Program-made: the position numbers and the translations under genes
Notes under the pieces: generated by a model
The model's database searches: none
What the model was told of the DNA's origin: nothing
Seen by the model: only the letters and a program-made list of their open reading frames with translations
IMG/VR virus record: IMGVR_UViG_3300046170_000446
Span: 32,001 to 96,000 of that record
DNA from: a virus
Length of the DNA stretch: 64,000 nucleotides
Reading direction: 5' to 3' (one strand)
Shown: positions 36,141 through 47,883 of the stretch, piece by piece
Numbering within the stretch: the first letter of the stretch is position 1
Layout of the letters: each line of letters opens with the position of its first letter

Positions 36141-39100
36141 TTACAGGTTATGTGCGAGGTACTCTGAGATGTCACCGCGAAGACCTGGGTACACGACGCT
36201 TAGCTGAGCGAGTGATTGTAGGTCGCTCGCTTGTTTACGGCGCTTAGTACGCTTAGTAGTCTTCGACTTGGTAGTCTTAGGCTTAGTACGCTTAGTAGTC
36301 TTAGGCTTGGTAGTCTTCGACTTGGTAGTCTTAGGCTTGGTAGCCTTAGGCTTGGTACGCTTAGTAGCCTTAGGCTTCGTTCGCTTGGTAGCCTTAGGCT
36401 TAGGCTTAGTAGCCTTAGGCTTCTTCGTTGTCTCAGCTAACTGAGTGCCAGCTTCCGCAATCGCCTGATTGAGGAGCTTCTTAACGGCTCTCTTGATAGC
36501 GCGACGGTTTTTCTCAAGACCCTCCTTCGCCACATAAGGAACACCATGCTTCTTAGCGATAGCCTTTAACGGAGTCGCCTTGATGCTTGAGTCTGCAAGT
36601 GCGCTAAAGTCTGTCTGCAAATCTGCAACCTTCTTAGCGATAGCTTTAGTGGTCTTGGTAGACTTGGTGGTCTTGGTAGACTTGGTGGTCTTGGTAGACT
36701 TGGTGGTCTTGGTAGACTTTGGTAGACTTGGTGGTCTTGGTGGTCTTGGTAGACTTGGTGCGCTTAGTACGCTTTGTACGGGCTCTAGACGAACGCTCTT
36801 CTAGTCTCGCAAGCTCAGCCTTCAATCTCTTTCTGATCTCTCTCAGGATCGCTTTACGGGCTTCTTCTTTAGTAGCTGTCGTTACAGAAGGAGTTAAGCC
36901 GTATTTAACAGAGAGTGCCTTGAGGTCTTTAACCTTCAAACCGCTGATACTGCGACCTCTTAAGTCAAGGAACTGCCTATCTGCGGATAACTCCTCTGCG
37001 CTGATTGTAGGAGTCGTCGGTGCGGTGGTCTTAGTAGTCCTTCTTTGAGCTCTCTCAGCAGACCGAGCCTTTGCCCTGTCAAGCCTCTCACGTCTCTCGT
37101 TACGCTCCTTGACTCTCTTAACGCGAGCTTTCCGAGCCTCTTCCTCAAGACGTTTCTTACGCTTCGCTTCTGTGTCTGCTTCAGCAAACTCTTGGCGAAC
37201 GCGAGGCTTCTTTTGAGGTGCGGTAGCCTGAGTTGTACGAGCCACTCTTACCGACTTAATGTGCTGGAACGCACTATAGCGACCCGCAAAAGTGTTCAAG
37301 TCAAACGAAGAGAGGTTAATCGACTCACTACGAGAAATCTCAGCAAGAGCATCCTTATCAGGGGCGCTGTAAACGCGGTTGATATAGTTGTCAGCCCCTT
37401 TGCGACCTTCTACGGTGTTCAGGTCAAACGCTGAAATATCTCCGCCCACAGATCGAGCCTTGATGTTTAGGTCTTCTGCCGAGATCACAGTATCTGCGCC
37501 TTCTTCTATGAAGGAGCTCTTGATGTTCTCAACTTGCTCGTCAATCTTACGGACAATGTTGCGTCTTAGACTCGCTTCGGTAGAGCGAGCTGTTACACGG
37601 ATGCCGAGCTTCTTAGCCACTAGAGCCAGCTTCTCAACTCCCTCAACAGGTCTGTTTCGCTTAACCGCAGTATTGGCTTTCTTTAAGCCTCTCTTACGCT
37701 CGCTGACGAGAGCCCGCGCACTCTTAATATTAGCGTCTAGCTCTACAAGTGCAGAAGCCGCTCCTGTATCGCCCTTACGCTTTGCTTGATTTAAAGAGGC
37801 TCTATTGCTGACGAGGCTCGCTAAGCTACTCTCAGCATTTTGGAGCAGAGTCTCTAGCTTGGTAACCTCGTCCTCTAAGACTTTAGGATTAACTCTCGAC
37901 TTCATTTTCAGAAGGTCTGCGATGTCCTTAGCGCCCTTAGCATTCTTAGCCGCTACGTCTCTTAAGACTTCTAGCTCCGCACTGTCCGTCACCACGCGCT
38001 CAAGTTTCTCTTCAGCGCCACGTTGCTCAGCAATCGCCTTATCTGCATCCCCACGCGTCTTTAGGCGCTTCTTAAGGCGCTCATCAAGACGCATACTTAA
38101 AGTGCTTAAAGGTGTAGATGCTCCCTGAGGATAGTCTTTCTTTAGGTACTTCATCTCGCCATAAATGCCTGCTTCTACAGCCTGCTTTGCGAGCGTGTCG
38201 AACATAAGCTCGTAAAAGCGTTGGTCAGCACCACCTGAGCCTGGGTCACAGATATAAAAGTCAGGATTACCCGTAATCCCGTAAGCCTGATACATAAACT
38301 CTGCGTACTTCGCTTCGTTACCTGCCAAGAGCGCCTTCTCTGCTCTAGCTTTGATGCCTCTAGCTTTCTTAGTTTGCGCAGAGGTAGGAGTCTTGGCATT
38401 AAGAGCAAAGAAAGCCACGTTCCCTGCATTCTCGATCTTCCGCTCAAGATTAGCGATCATGGTCGCACCGACGCGAGCTGGCTTACGCTTGATGCCTCGA
38501 AGAGAGACTCCCATCTCCTCAGCTTGAGCGATGGTTTCTTCCCAACGATTAAGAAGTGCTCTCTGCTCACGGGTTTGTTGCGAGGTTCTCGTCTCCCTAC
38601 GTACCGTTTCAATCTCTTGAGCGAGATTAAGAGCCCTGGACGTTTGCTTCGGTAACGCGCTTCTTACTCACAGCCTTTGCTTGAGTGCCGTTAATCTTAG
38701 CACTCAACTCGCTAATAATCGCTCTGACTTGATCAGCATCTACACCGTCTCTACGGAGCTTATTAGCCAATGCAGTTACTCTAATCTTAGCCTGCTTAGC
38801 CTGTTCGATAAGACCCTCAGCACGCTGTTTCTCTGCTTCAAACTCACCGCGCTTGGTTTCAATCTTGTCACGAATATCACGGACGACCTCTGCGAGCTCG
38901 ATCTCGTTGTACTGGTTTTTCAAGATGAGACGGCAGAAGTAGCTCACATCATCAGAAGACAAGAAACGGCTTGAGTCGAGTAGATTAGCCGCGTTGGTTA
39001 CAGCTTGGTAAAGCTCGTTAGTAATGTCACCATTCGCGACGAGTGCTTTGTAGCGTGTCTTAAGAGTGTCGAGCCGAGCCTCTGAGATGAAGTTTTTAAC

Positions 39101-42100
39101 TCTGCGGGGGTTCTTCTCAAACTCTGCCTCAAGAGCTTCCATTGAGAGTCCGACTTCTTCAAGGTCAGTAAGCCCAACCTCACTCATACTAATATTAGCT
39201 TGGCTCGTACCAATGCTGTAACGGTAAAGGTGATGTCTAACGAGCTTTTGACTCAGATCAAAAATCTTAACGAGCGTCTCGTTGTCTTTGACGTGCTGGT
39301 CTACTTCGCTAAGTAGTCGGTACATACGGGGATTAGCATCTGCCGTAGAGATATACTGACCTGAGAATACATGCTCAAGAATATCAAGGATCTCACCTTT
39401 GGTGATCTCAACACCTTCAGCAACCTGTAATCTCTTTGAGAGCTGAGCCTTGGTTAAAGAGCTACGGGCGCGGTCAACAGAGCCGACTGCCCCTCTCTTC
39501 GGTAAAATCTCGCTGATGATGTGAAGAGGGATGCCCTTTGAGGTCAAATACTCACGGCAGAGGTTATCTTCAAGGCTCTCGCTGATGCGCCCAATCTTCG
39601 CAAAGTCTTGAGCTATCGACATCTTACGAGGCTCAAGGATAACCTTACGCCCCTTCTTAATCGCGCCGACACCCTCCTTTACGCTATCGAGTACCTCTTG
39701 GATGTCACGGTAGAGCTTCTCTGCCTTAGCGCGGAGCTTTCGATTATTAGTCGTAAGATTAAGACCCTCTACACTGCTCTCTCTTATTGCTTTGTTGAAG
39801 CTCGCATAGGCGCTCTCAAGGATGTCTCTCTCCTGCTCGAAAGATTTCTTACGCGCTTGTTCTGTCGCAAGCTCTTGTCGGAGCACAGCGATCTGACTGT
39901 CAATCTCATCTCTAAACCTATCAGAGCGCGTTCGTGCTTTCTGATTTTCAGCGCCTACGATCTTCTCCTCAAGATCGCTAATCTTAGCCGTCTGACGAGA
40001 CTCTGCATAAGCCTTAGCGTTTTGGATACGTCTTCTAAAGCGCATCCCAATCTCTTCTCTCACTGTTGAAGGACGCGTGGAGTCCATCATGCGAGTCCTT
40101 GACTGGCTTCCCCCTGTGGGTCGGCGGATTTCGCTAAGGTAAACGGAGTACCAATCATTAGCGAAGTCCTCTAAGAAATCGTCCACCTCTTCCTCGACAG
40201 AGACTTGGAAGCTGTCTTTGAGCTCCGCGAACAATCTGCGTGCTTCAACCAATGCTTCTCTTGTAGTCAAGTCCGTGGTGAGAGGCTCGCCCATGTTCGC
40301 CTTAGCGAAGTCACCTGAAGAGTTTTTAGCGACCTCATTAAGTATCGCTTGGGCAGAAGACTTGATCCCCTTAACGCCAATCTTCTTTAGTACCTCTGCG
40401 ATCTTCTCTGCGGATAGACCTTCTGCAAATAAACGATACGCAATAGCGTAAGATAAGTTGCTTGGGATTGCGCCAGCCTTAGAGTCAATGCTCGCGAAGT
40501 ATTTAGAGAGCAAGTCGTCTTTTGCGCTCATCGTGCGGATAATGTCTGCGAGAGACATCTTATTTTTCTTACTCTTATACTTAGTGACCATTAAGATTAG
40601 GTCAGCGATCTCTTTAGCATTACCGCTTCTTAAAGCAGACGGATCAAGCCCTAGTTTAGTCAAGACTTTAGCCTGAGGTTCTGAGAGCGCATCTCCACCG
40701 AGCACCGTAGCCTCTATCTGATCCATGCCTGCGACACCCTCAGACTTTTGGAATACCGCGTTGATCGCTTGTAAGGCTTGGCTCTTATTAAAGTTAGCCT
40801 TAAACTTATCCTCTGCGAGCTTAACGACGCGCTTCCCCATGTATACATCAAGCACTCTTTGGTCGAGTTTCCTCTCTAACTCTGCCTTCTCGTCTTTATT
40901 TAGCTTAGCTCTAAAAGCCTCTAATCGACCTGGATCACTAGGAGCTATCTTGTCGCCGATCTTAATCTTCTTTTTTCTTTCACTCGTCCATGTATGACAG
41001 AACCGCACGAAGATGTTTCTTTGGTTAGCACTCAGCCCCATGTAATAATCATGGAAATCAGGGTCGAGGTTTCTGCTGTGTGCGATGTCTTGAATAAGAC
41101 GGTCACGAATAGGCTTCATTACGTCTTCAGAGATCGCGACCTCTTCAAAACTACGGCTCGCCCTAGGCTTATCTAAAGTCTCGTAAAGGCTAACCAACTC
41201 TTCTTCGCTCATGTAAAGGGAGAGCTGTGGCATATTAGAAGAAGCCGCTTCCCCTTCTACTCTAGCTGAGAGCCCCTCAGTGTCTTCTTCCCCCTCTTCA
41301 GGAGAACCGCTAAAGACATTTACCCCTGCGCCTCCTACCTCAAGGCTGTGTCCGAAATAACCTCTTAGGGCTGAGACAGCACCTCTTTCTTTAGCGTCTA
41401 TAAGTCTTTCGAGGCGCTTTTTCGTTACCTCAAACCCTACAGGGGCGCTGTTACCTTTAGCTACTGAGGCTTCAACTTCATTAATTTGACGAGTAAGTGT
41501 GCCAATCAAGGAGTCGACGTCTTTAGACCTTTGCTCTCGGACTTCCCCTTCCGTGAAAGCGTCTCGACCGCGCTCAAGTAAAGCGGTGTAATCTCTTTGG
41601 ATGTCCGTCACTAAAGTTTTGACAATATTTTTGACCGCGTTGATGAACACTTGATTACCGTCTGCAACGTCTACAAACGACACTCTCTCATTGTTCGCCA
41701 CAGTACGGGCAATACCCTCGACAGACTTCTTGTCGGTCTTAAGGTCGTCAGCGATAACGTTACCTTCTGCATCTACGAGCTGATTAGTAGATGCGCCATA
41801 AAGAACAGATTTAGCTTTCTCCATAACGGCTTCAGGGTGAGTTTGAGCGAGTTTTATTAGAGTATAGACGATAACACGGCCTGCGGTTCTCTTATTCTTT
41901 GAAGCCCTTGCAGGATTTTGAAGGAGCTTAGTGCCAGGCACTGGGCCGAGGTTGTCCATGACAAGCTCTCTAAAGCTAGCATTGTTCCACCAAGGGTGGT
42001 TACCTGAGAGAGCTCTAGATATCGTTGTCCGAGGGTCACCGCCTCCACCACCGCGCAGACGCTTTCTTTTCGACGGAGTTGAGCCTTTGTTGAGCCCCGC

Positions 42101-42730
42101 TTTCAACTCGTTAAAGAAAATTGACTTAGCGTCTGCTATTTGCAGTAGCTTTTGTCTGTAAGCCTCGTCACCCTCCGCCTTTTTAGGGTCAAGCCTGATA
42201 GGTAAAGGTACTCGGCTTTTTCGGTTTTCAAAATACACAATCTCCGTTAAATCAGGCTGTCTCCCTTGTACGGTTAGATTGATAGAAGAGATCTCACTCT
42301 GAAGATAATTGAGTTTTCTTTGCTTCTCTTTCTTCAATGCCTGTTTACTTTTGTTAGAGGTGCGTCGAGTCAGCAACTCCTCAAGGTAAGCTCTTCTAAA
42401 CAGGTACTCAAAACCCTCCGCGTCTGAAATCATTGCGCGGAACTCATAGTCTCCATCATCTTCTTCAGAGGCGACACGCGCATTAAACTTGGCAAATGCG
42501 TCTTTGTTAAGGTAAGGCGTTTTCTTAGAAGCTACCCTTGGAAGACCATTACCCTGAGCCCGCTCAGAAGCCTTTGCTTCTCGACTGACCACATGTGACA
42601 TCTTAAAAGAGGGGAAGAGGTTCGCGACGATCTCCAAAAGACGGGCTGTCTTGGTCATATCACTCGCCAGCTTACGGTAAGGTCTTCTTACAGCATTCAT
42701 ATCGGGTGTTCCTTTATAATCTAAACTCAC
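36141..42730 (-). CDS. Giant (~2195 aa) helical protein with HEH-like modules and a histone-H1-like Lys/Thr tail; split in three by extra bases at 38638-38639 and 36718-36720
   Basis: Removing one base at each site fuses ORFs 38627-42730, 36646-38514 and 36141-36620 without a stop (ANVRALNLAQE...EEMGVS; KSTKTTKAIAKKVADLQTD). Confidence 0.7.
36240..36420 (-). repeat. KPKATKRT/KTTKSK coding repeats
   Basis: Tandem CTTAGG/CTTGGTAG units. Confidence 0.85.
36648..36760 (-). repeat. 9-bp unit repeats encoding (KST/KTT)n
   Basis: GGTAGACTT/GGTGGTCTT tandem on the + strand. Confidence 0.9.
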
Positions 42731-43088
42731 TTAACCTTATCTTTAAGATAAAGGGATAAATGAGAACCTGTAGCATAAAGCTCCCGACACCTTCCCTTCC
42801 TTACTTTACTTCTGCAAAACACATAAACGTGCTTGTACTACACGCGCAGGCGCGTGCTGAGCGTGCAGAAAAACAGGGCTCGAAAAAACTTTTAGGGCCT
42901 TAAAGTATTAAAAACTAAAGGTAAAGAGGGTACTCAAGGGATAAAGTAAGAAAAAAGTAGTTGTAGCTACTGGTCAGGTAGTGTAGACCTATCCATGTCA
43001 GCGTGACTCCTGTGTAACGCACCTAGTCATAACGCTGTACTGACTTAAACCTCCCAAGTAGGGCAACGCGCCCTAAGGAGACATACCG

Positions 43089-43727
43089 ATGAGTAACACT
43101 ACTACTGAAAAGTGGCTGGCTGAAAACTACGATGAGTTGAATAAGACTCTCGTTACTTTCCTGAGCTACCGTTTCCCTCTCTCCTCTCAGAGGAGCATTG
43201 TCGAAGACCATATCTCAAACTTCATGTGTGAGCTTCTCGCTAAAGATACCCTGAGCGGCGTAACCGATCTCACCGTTAAAGGAGTTGCTTCACTCGCTTT
43301 TAACTCAACCCATAATCATATCCGCACTATGAGTAAAGACCCTGCCCATAAACTCCGATATGGCGGTATGACTGAGGCTGAGAGGAAGAAAGCTCAAGAG
43401 CGGGGCGAGTCTCCTGCCGACTTTATGATCGCACGTAATGAGGTCTTAAAGGCTCGGCTTCAAGATCAATCTCCAGTCGCAGACTTGAGCCCTGAAGATC
43501 AGCTCTTTTTCGTGGAGCAGATTAAAGCGATGGAGGCTACCTTGCTGAGGCACTTCGGCAAGAGCGAAGCAAAGCTCGACCGAGCCATGAGAGTCTTTAA
43601 TCTCATGCTAGAGGGCAACGGCAATCGTGAGATCGCCAAGGAGATGGGCATCACCAACACTATGGCTAACAAGTGGGTGGCTAAGGTGAGGCTAATCTTA
43701 GACTCACACCGCTTATCTCTCGTCTAA
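43089..43727 (+). CDS. RNA polymerase sigma70-family (ECF-like) factor
   Basis: Region 2-like VEDHISNF..LL and ...AFN...NHIR; region 4 HTH EGNGNREIAKEMGITNTMANKW. Confidence 0.7.
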   Translation: MSNTTTEKWLAENYDELNKTLVTFLSYRFPLSSQRSIVEDHISNFMCELLAKDTLSGVTDLTVKGVASLAFNSTHNHIRTMSKDPAHKLRYGGMTEAERKKAQERGESPADFMIARNEVLKARLQDQSPVADLSPEDQLFFVEQIKAMEATLLRHFGKSEAKLDRAMRVFNLMLEGNGNREIAKEMGITNTMANKWVAKVRLILDSHRLSLV

Positions 43728-43743
43728 AGCCTACTTAGACACT

Positions 43744-43819
43744 AAAAGATATAGAATTTGAGCACCGAGGGTAGGCGTGGCACACACGCTCCCTCAATAG
43801 CTCAATTTCTTAGTCTTTT
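43744..43819. other. Long imperfect hairpin between convergent genes (terminator or small RNA)
   Basis: AAAAGA..AGAATTTGAGC..GAGGG..GCGTG pairs with CACGC..CCCTC..GCTCAATTTCT..TCTTTT. Confidence 0.5.
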
Positions 43820-43885
43820 CGACACGGGTTAATCAGCAGAGGACTCAAGGTTGATTATATATTCCTGTCGGAGGGTACATGGTCA

Positions 43886-45179
43886 TTAAACCGCTACAAA
43901 CTCAAGAGAGTTGCTGATGTGTTGAAGTGAGGGGTTATTAGTTACGATGTAACCCATGTCGCTATCACGCGTTACGAAGTGAGCACACTGACAGTTAGAG
44001 GCGAGCTTAATCGCGCCTACTCTTGCTTCTTCAAGGGTAGGGAAGCACATGACTGAGTTGTTGAGGTTTTCTGAAGCTCTGCGAGACAAGCCTACAAGAA
44101 TAACCTCGTCTTGAGGTACGGACATGGTTTTACCGCTGTGAGGCATACCGCTGTTGTCATGCTTGTGCTCAACCATTCTCTTCCGTGTGCGCGGATCATA
44201 ATAAATACCCGTAACGGTAGCCGTCTCACCTAAGTGCTCAATCCTGTCAAAGAGTCTACCCTCTTGCCCATTAGCATCTAAGAAAGACTCAATGCGGATA
44301 CCTGAAGAAGCCTTGCGCTGATTAGAGCAACCTGCATAGATAAACGCTTTGCAGACATTTCTTGTTGCAATCGCAAAAGCTCTACCTTGATTGTAGTTGT
44401 GCTTAAGCATCAGGTGGTGCGCCCACATATCTCTCATCTGCACAAACTGTTCCCTGTTGACGGTATCGCCTTTGCCTACACCGAGTCTTCTTACGAGCGT
44501 TGAGAATTTAGGCTCAAACTCGTTACCACCTGTCTCTGCTAGAAGTTGCTGGCGGATCGCCTTGTTTTTCCTACGCCCCCTACGGCTAGGGGTGTCTAAG
44601 TCCGTAGAGATTTGCTTCTCTGTACGGCGTGCTACACCTCTGAGTGCTCTAATGTTAGGGTCTTTCTTTTCAGCGTTGATATTCTGAACTATGCGATCAA
44701 ACTTTCGGAGCTGACCGCCGCTTGCCGCGTGGAGGCGCAATAAGATTTCTTTGCGCTTACGGCCTAAGTCGCTGATCTCAACACGGAGAGCCTGAGCCAT
44801 GTCTCTGAGTTGATTGAGGCGCGGTAGAGATGAGCCTGGGATCGCTCTAAGGACTTCAATGTCTGCTTCAGTCATGTTGAGACGAGCGCGAAGCTCTTGC
44901 TCTGTCTTCTGTACCTTCTTAGTCCTCTTTGAGAGAGACTTAACACGCTTAGTGCGCTTAGCTCTAGTAGTCCTTAGCCTTAGCCTTAGTCGCTTTCGGC
45001 ACTGAGATTACAGGGACATAGGTGTCCTTAACCTCTTTAAGCAGGGCTTTCTTTTGCTCTACGCTTTTCGCTCGACTGAGTTTGCCTTTGAGCTTCTTAG
45101 CTTCAGCAGGTGTAATACGAGCTCCTTCTTCAATGAGCTTGAAGATAAGGTTCATAAATTTCTTCTCGAAATTTTTCAT
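43886..45179 (-). CDS. Basic multidomain protein (~430 aa) with a Lys-rich linker and an HEH-like module; split by an extra base at 44972-44973
   Basis: Removing one base joins 44964-45179 to 43886-44875 via KTTRAKRTKRVKSLSKRTKK. Confidence 0.65.
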
Positions 45180-45231
45180 AGTTCCCCCTCATTAGGTTAG
45201 TGTTAGTTTAATGAGAGGGAGGAATAAAAGA

Positions 45232-46089
45232 TTAACCGAGCACAGGGTTAGAGTACCCTGCTAAAACTCCTCGCTGATATTCCATTGAGGGAAGTTGATG
45301 AGCGAGCTTGGTATTCATCTTGAGTGAGAGCATCTTGAAAGCGCCTTTGAAGCCATACTTTTTGACTGCTAAGACCATCCAGCTACTAAACCATGTGCCG
45401 AGGACGATCTTGATGCTTGTAAAGAGCGCCACTGTCCACCCAAGAGTGATCGTACCCTCTGAAAGCACCGCAAAATAGCTCATCACCCACGCCCACCCGA
45501 AGAAGGATATCGCCGCGACGACAAGAGAGACTCCCAAGAAACCTGCGAGGTAGGTCAACACCTTTTGCGCGGTGCCTTTAGGTTTAAAAGCGTCTGTAGA
45601 CTTACCTGAACTGAGGATCTTGCTACCCTTAGTAAACTTATCAACCGTCTCAACGACCTTGGAGAGAAGGCGCTCAGACTTTCTGCGCTCTTTTTTAGCG
45701 GCTCTCGCAAACTCTTTGAAATCCTCGTAGGTCATTTGAGTGATTTCAAGATCAAAGCGATCTCCATTAAGATTAACGAAGATCTTCGCATCGCAGAGCG
45801 CACCTTGATAGCTGATCTTTATACCGTCAGCTTCAAAACGCGTAAGGGTTTTCTTGAAGTATGCCTCAGCCTGTTTGCGTTCCATATCAAACTTAGCCGT
45901 AATATTACGCTTACCCTCTACGCGGGCTCTCTCAATTTTAACCCTTTCCTCAGGAGGGATCTCTGCAATGCCTTTAGCGAGCTTAGAGATCGTTTTGTTA
46001 AGGCCGTAGTGCATACGAAGCACGTCATCGCCATTACGTAGGTAAACACCTTGGCGGTTTAAGTCTCGGATGAAATCGTTTGTACTCAT
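45232..46089 (-). CDS. Membrane-hairpin protein, paralog 3
   Basis: LNxxGVY..N..D...YGL...KLA leader; hydrophobic hairpin followed by KYGFKG. Confidence 0.7.
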   Translation of the reverse strand: MSTNDFIRDLNRQGVYLRNGDDVLRMHYGLNKTISKLAKGIAEIPPEERVKIERARVEGKRNITAKFDMERKQAEAYFKKTLTRFEADGIKISYQGALCDAKIFVNLNGDRFDLEITQMTYEDFKEFARAAKKERRKSERLLSKVVETVDKFTKGSKILSSGKSTDAFKPKGTAQKVLTYLAGFLGVSLVVAAISFFGWAWVMSYFAVLSEGTITLGWTVALFTSIKIVLGTWFSSWMVLAVKKYGFKGAFKMLSLKMNTKLAHQLPSMEYQRGVLAGYSNPVLG

Positions 46090-46135
46090 TTTTTTTCCTC
46101 GTTAAGTGTGTCTTTTAATGAGGAAGATCAAAAGA

Positions 46136-46954
46136 TTAACCGATAAATACGTCAAACTGACTTAAGAGGTAAGCCTGTTTTTTAAGTGGGGGCGCATCGT
46201 GGGCTAGCTTTGTCAAGTTTCGTGCTTTAAGTTTAACGCGGTTAACAGTCCCTTTAAAGCCATATTTTCTTACAGAGGCCATCAGCCACCTGAATAAGCC
46301 CGCCCCTAAGATAATGGACAAGTATGCCATAACACCAGGTTGACCTGTCAGGATAGCGAGCACCATTAAGATTTGAGTGGCATGAGCACCTAAGTCTAAG
46401 ATGTGTGTGACTAAGCTAATCAGCATCTTTGTCTTACGGGAGGGCTCTTTAGGCACTTCTCCTTTCCCCTCGTAGACAACTAAAGAGAGGTTAGAGAGCT
46501 TCTCTACCTCTTCTACAGCCTTCTCTAAATACTTCGCATAATCTTTATTTAGTTTACTCGTTTCCGCTACAAAAGCCTTAAACTCTTTTAAGTCTAAGGT
46601 GTCACCTCTACGGTTTAAGTAGTTGTTTGTAATCTTAAACGAAATATCTCCGTTATGGATCGCGCCTCTAACTTCTATGAACACGCCGTAAGCGCCGTAT
46701 TTACTGAGGGACTTTTCTACATAAGAGTCCATTTTATCTTTGGCTTTATCTAAGACTTTCTTGAGGTTAGCCTTGCTATCTCTCTTCGCGTTATCGAGCA
46801 TCTCTTGTTCTTTATTACTCAGGCTTTGAGTCCCTGAAGCGAGCTTCTGCAACCCTTTCATTAAGCCGTAGTTGAAGCGGATAGCGTCGTTACGGTTTTG
46901 GATATAGATACCCTCTGAGTTGAGGGCGCGTACCATTGAAGCGTATCTTTGCAT
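46136..46954 (-). CDS. Membrane-hairpin protein, paralog 2
   Basis: MVRALNSEGIY, TNNYLNRRG and VYEGKGEVPKE shared with 46972-47829. Confidence 0.75.
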   Translation of the reverse strand: MQRYASMVRALNSEGIYIQNRNDAIRFNYGLMKGLQKLASGTQSLSNKEQEMLDNAKRDSKANLKKVLDKAKDKMDSYVEKSLSKYGAYGVFIEVRGAIHNGDISFKITNNYLNRRGDTLDLKEFKAFVAETSKLNKDYAKYLEKAVEEVEKLSNLSLVVYEGKGEVPKEPSRKTKMLISLVTHILDLGAHATQILMVLAILTGQPGVMAYLSIILGAGLFRWLMASVRKYGFKGTVNRVKLKARNLTKLAHDAPPLKKQAYLLSQFDVFIG

Positions 46955-46971
46955 GATGTTTTATCCTTTTA

Positions 46972-47829
46972 TCAGTAGCGGTAAGCCATCATTAAGCCGA
47001 CTTGATAATCCACCGAAGGTCGAGCAGACGCAACTTTTAGGCTTTCCTTTACTCCTTCTTCGACATCGCGAGATTTCAGCTTAAAGTAGTTAAAAGCGTC
47101 TTTGAAGCCGTACTGTCTTACTTTGTTAATGAGCAATGCTAATAAACCAGCGCCTACAATTCCTACAAGACCTCCTAAGACCCCCAAAATACTCATCTCT
47201 AAAATACCACCCCCTATTAACAACCCTACACAGGCTATACCTTCATATAAAGCAGTGCCGATACCTAAGAGAGCTAATACATTAGTGACGACTTTCTTTG
47301 TCAGTGAGGTAACCTCTTTGGGGACTTCACCTTTGCCTTCGTACACTAAAGAGGACAAGTTGATTAATCTATCAACCTCCTCCATCGCTTCAGTCATGTA
47401 TTTAGCGTAGTCCTTCTTTTGCTTGTGGACTTCAGCAGTAAAAGCCTTAAACCCTTTAGCATCCAACTTCTCACCTCTACGGTTTAAGTAGTTGTTTGTA
47501 AGGGTAAACGATATGTCTCCTTTGTGGAGAAGACCTTCGTATTCGATCTTCAAACCGTAGTTGGTAAACCTACCTAGCTTCTTTTTAGCGTAGGCTTCCA
47601 TTTTCTTTTGGGTCTTCTCTGCAAACTTTTTTGCTCTTTCCTTAGCGCCCTTTTGAGCTTTCTCTAAGGCTTCAGCGTCTTTAGGGCTCATCTCTTCAGG
47701 TAGCTTCGATGCGAGCTTCTGTAAACCTTTAAAGAGTCCGTACTCAACACGGATCATGTCGTTGCGGTTTCGGACATATATACCCTCTGAGTTGAGAGCG
47801 CGTACCATTGATGAAGCATATTTATACAT
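46972..47829 (-). CDS. Membrane-hairpin protein, paralog 1
   Basis: Same blocks as paralog 2; Gly-rich hydrophobic hairpin. Confidence 0.75.
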   Translation of the reverse strand: MYKYASSMVRALNSEGIYVRNRNDMIRVEYGLFKGLQKLASKLPEEMSPKDAEALEKAQKGAKERAKKFAEKTQKKMEAYAKKKLGRFTNYGLKIEYEGLLHKGDISFTLTNNYLNRRGEKLDAKGFKAFTAEVHKQKKDYAKYMTEAMEEVDRLINLSSLVYEGKGEVPKEVTSLTKKVVTNVLALLGIGTALYEGIACVGLLIGGGILEMSILGVLGGLVGIVGAGLLALLINKVRQYGFKDAFNYFKLKSRDVEEGVKESLKVASARPSVDYQVGLMMAYRY

Positions 47830-47883
47830 AAGTCTTCCTTCACTGTTAGCAGGTTGATCTAAGGATAAGAGGGTATATAAGGA

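Noticed and set aside
36646-36718. VYQDHQ peptide repeats at the end of the 622-aa ORF
   Set aside because: Out-of-frame reading of the KSTKTT repeat caused by the extra T at 36718-36720.
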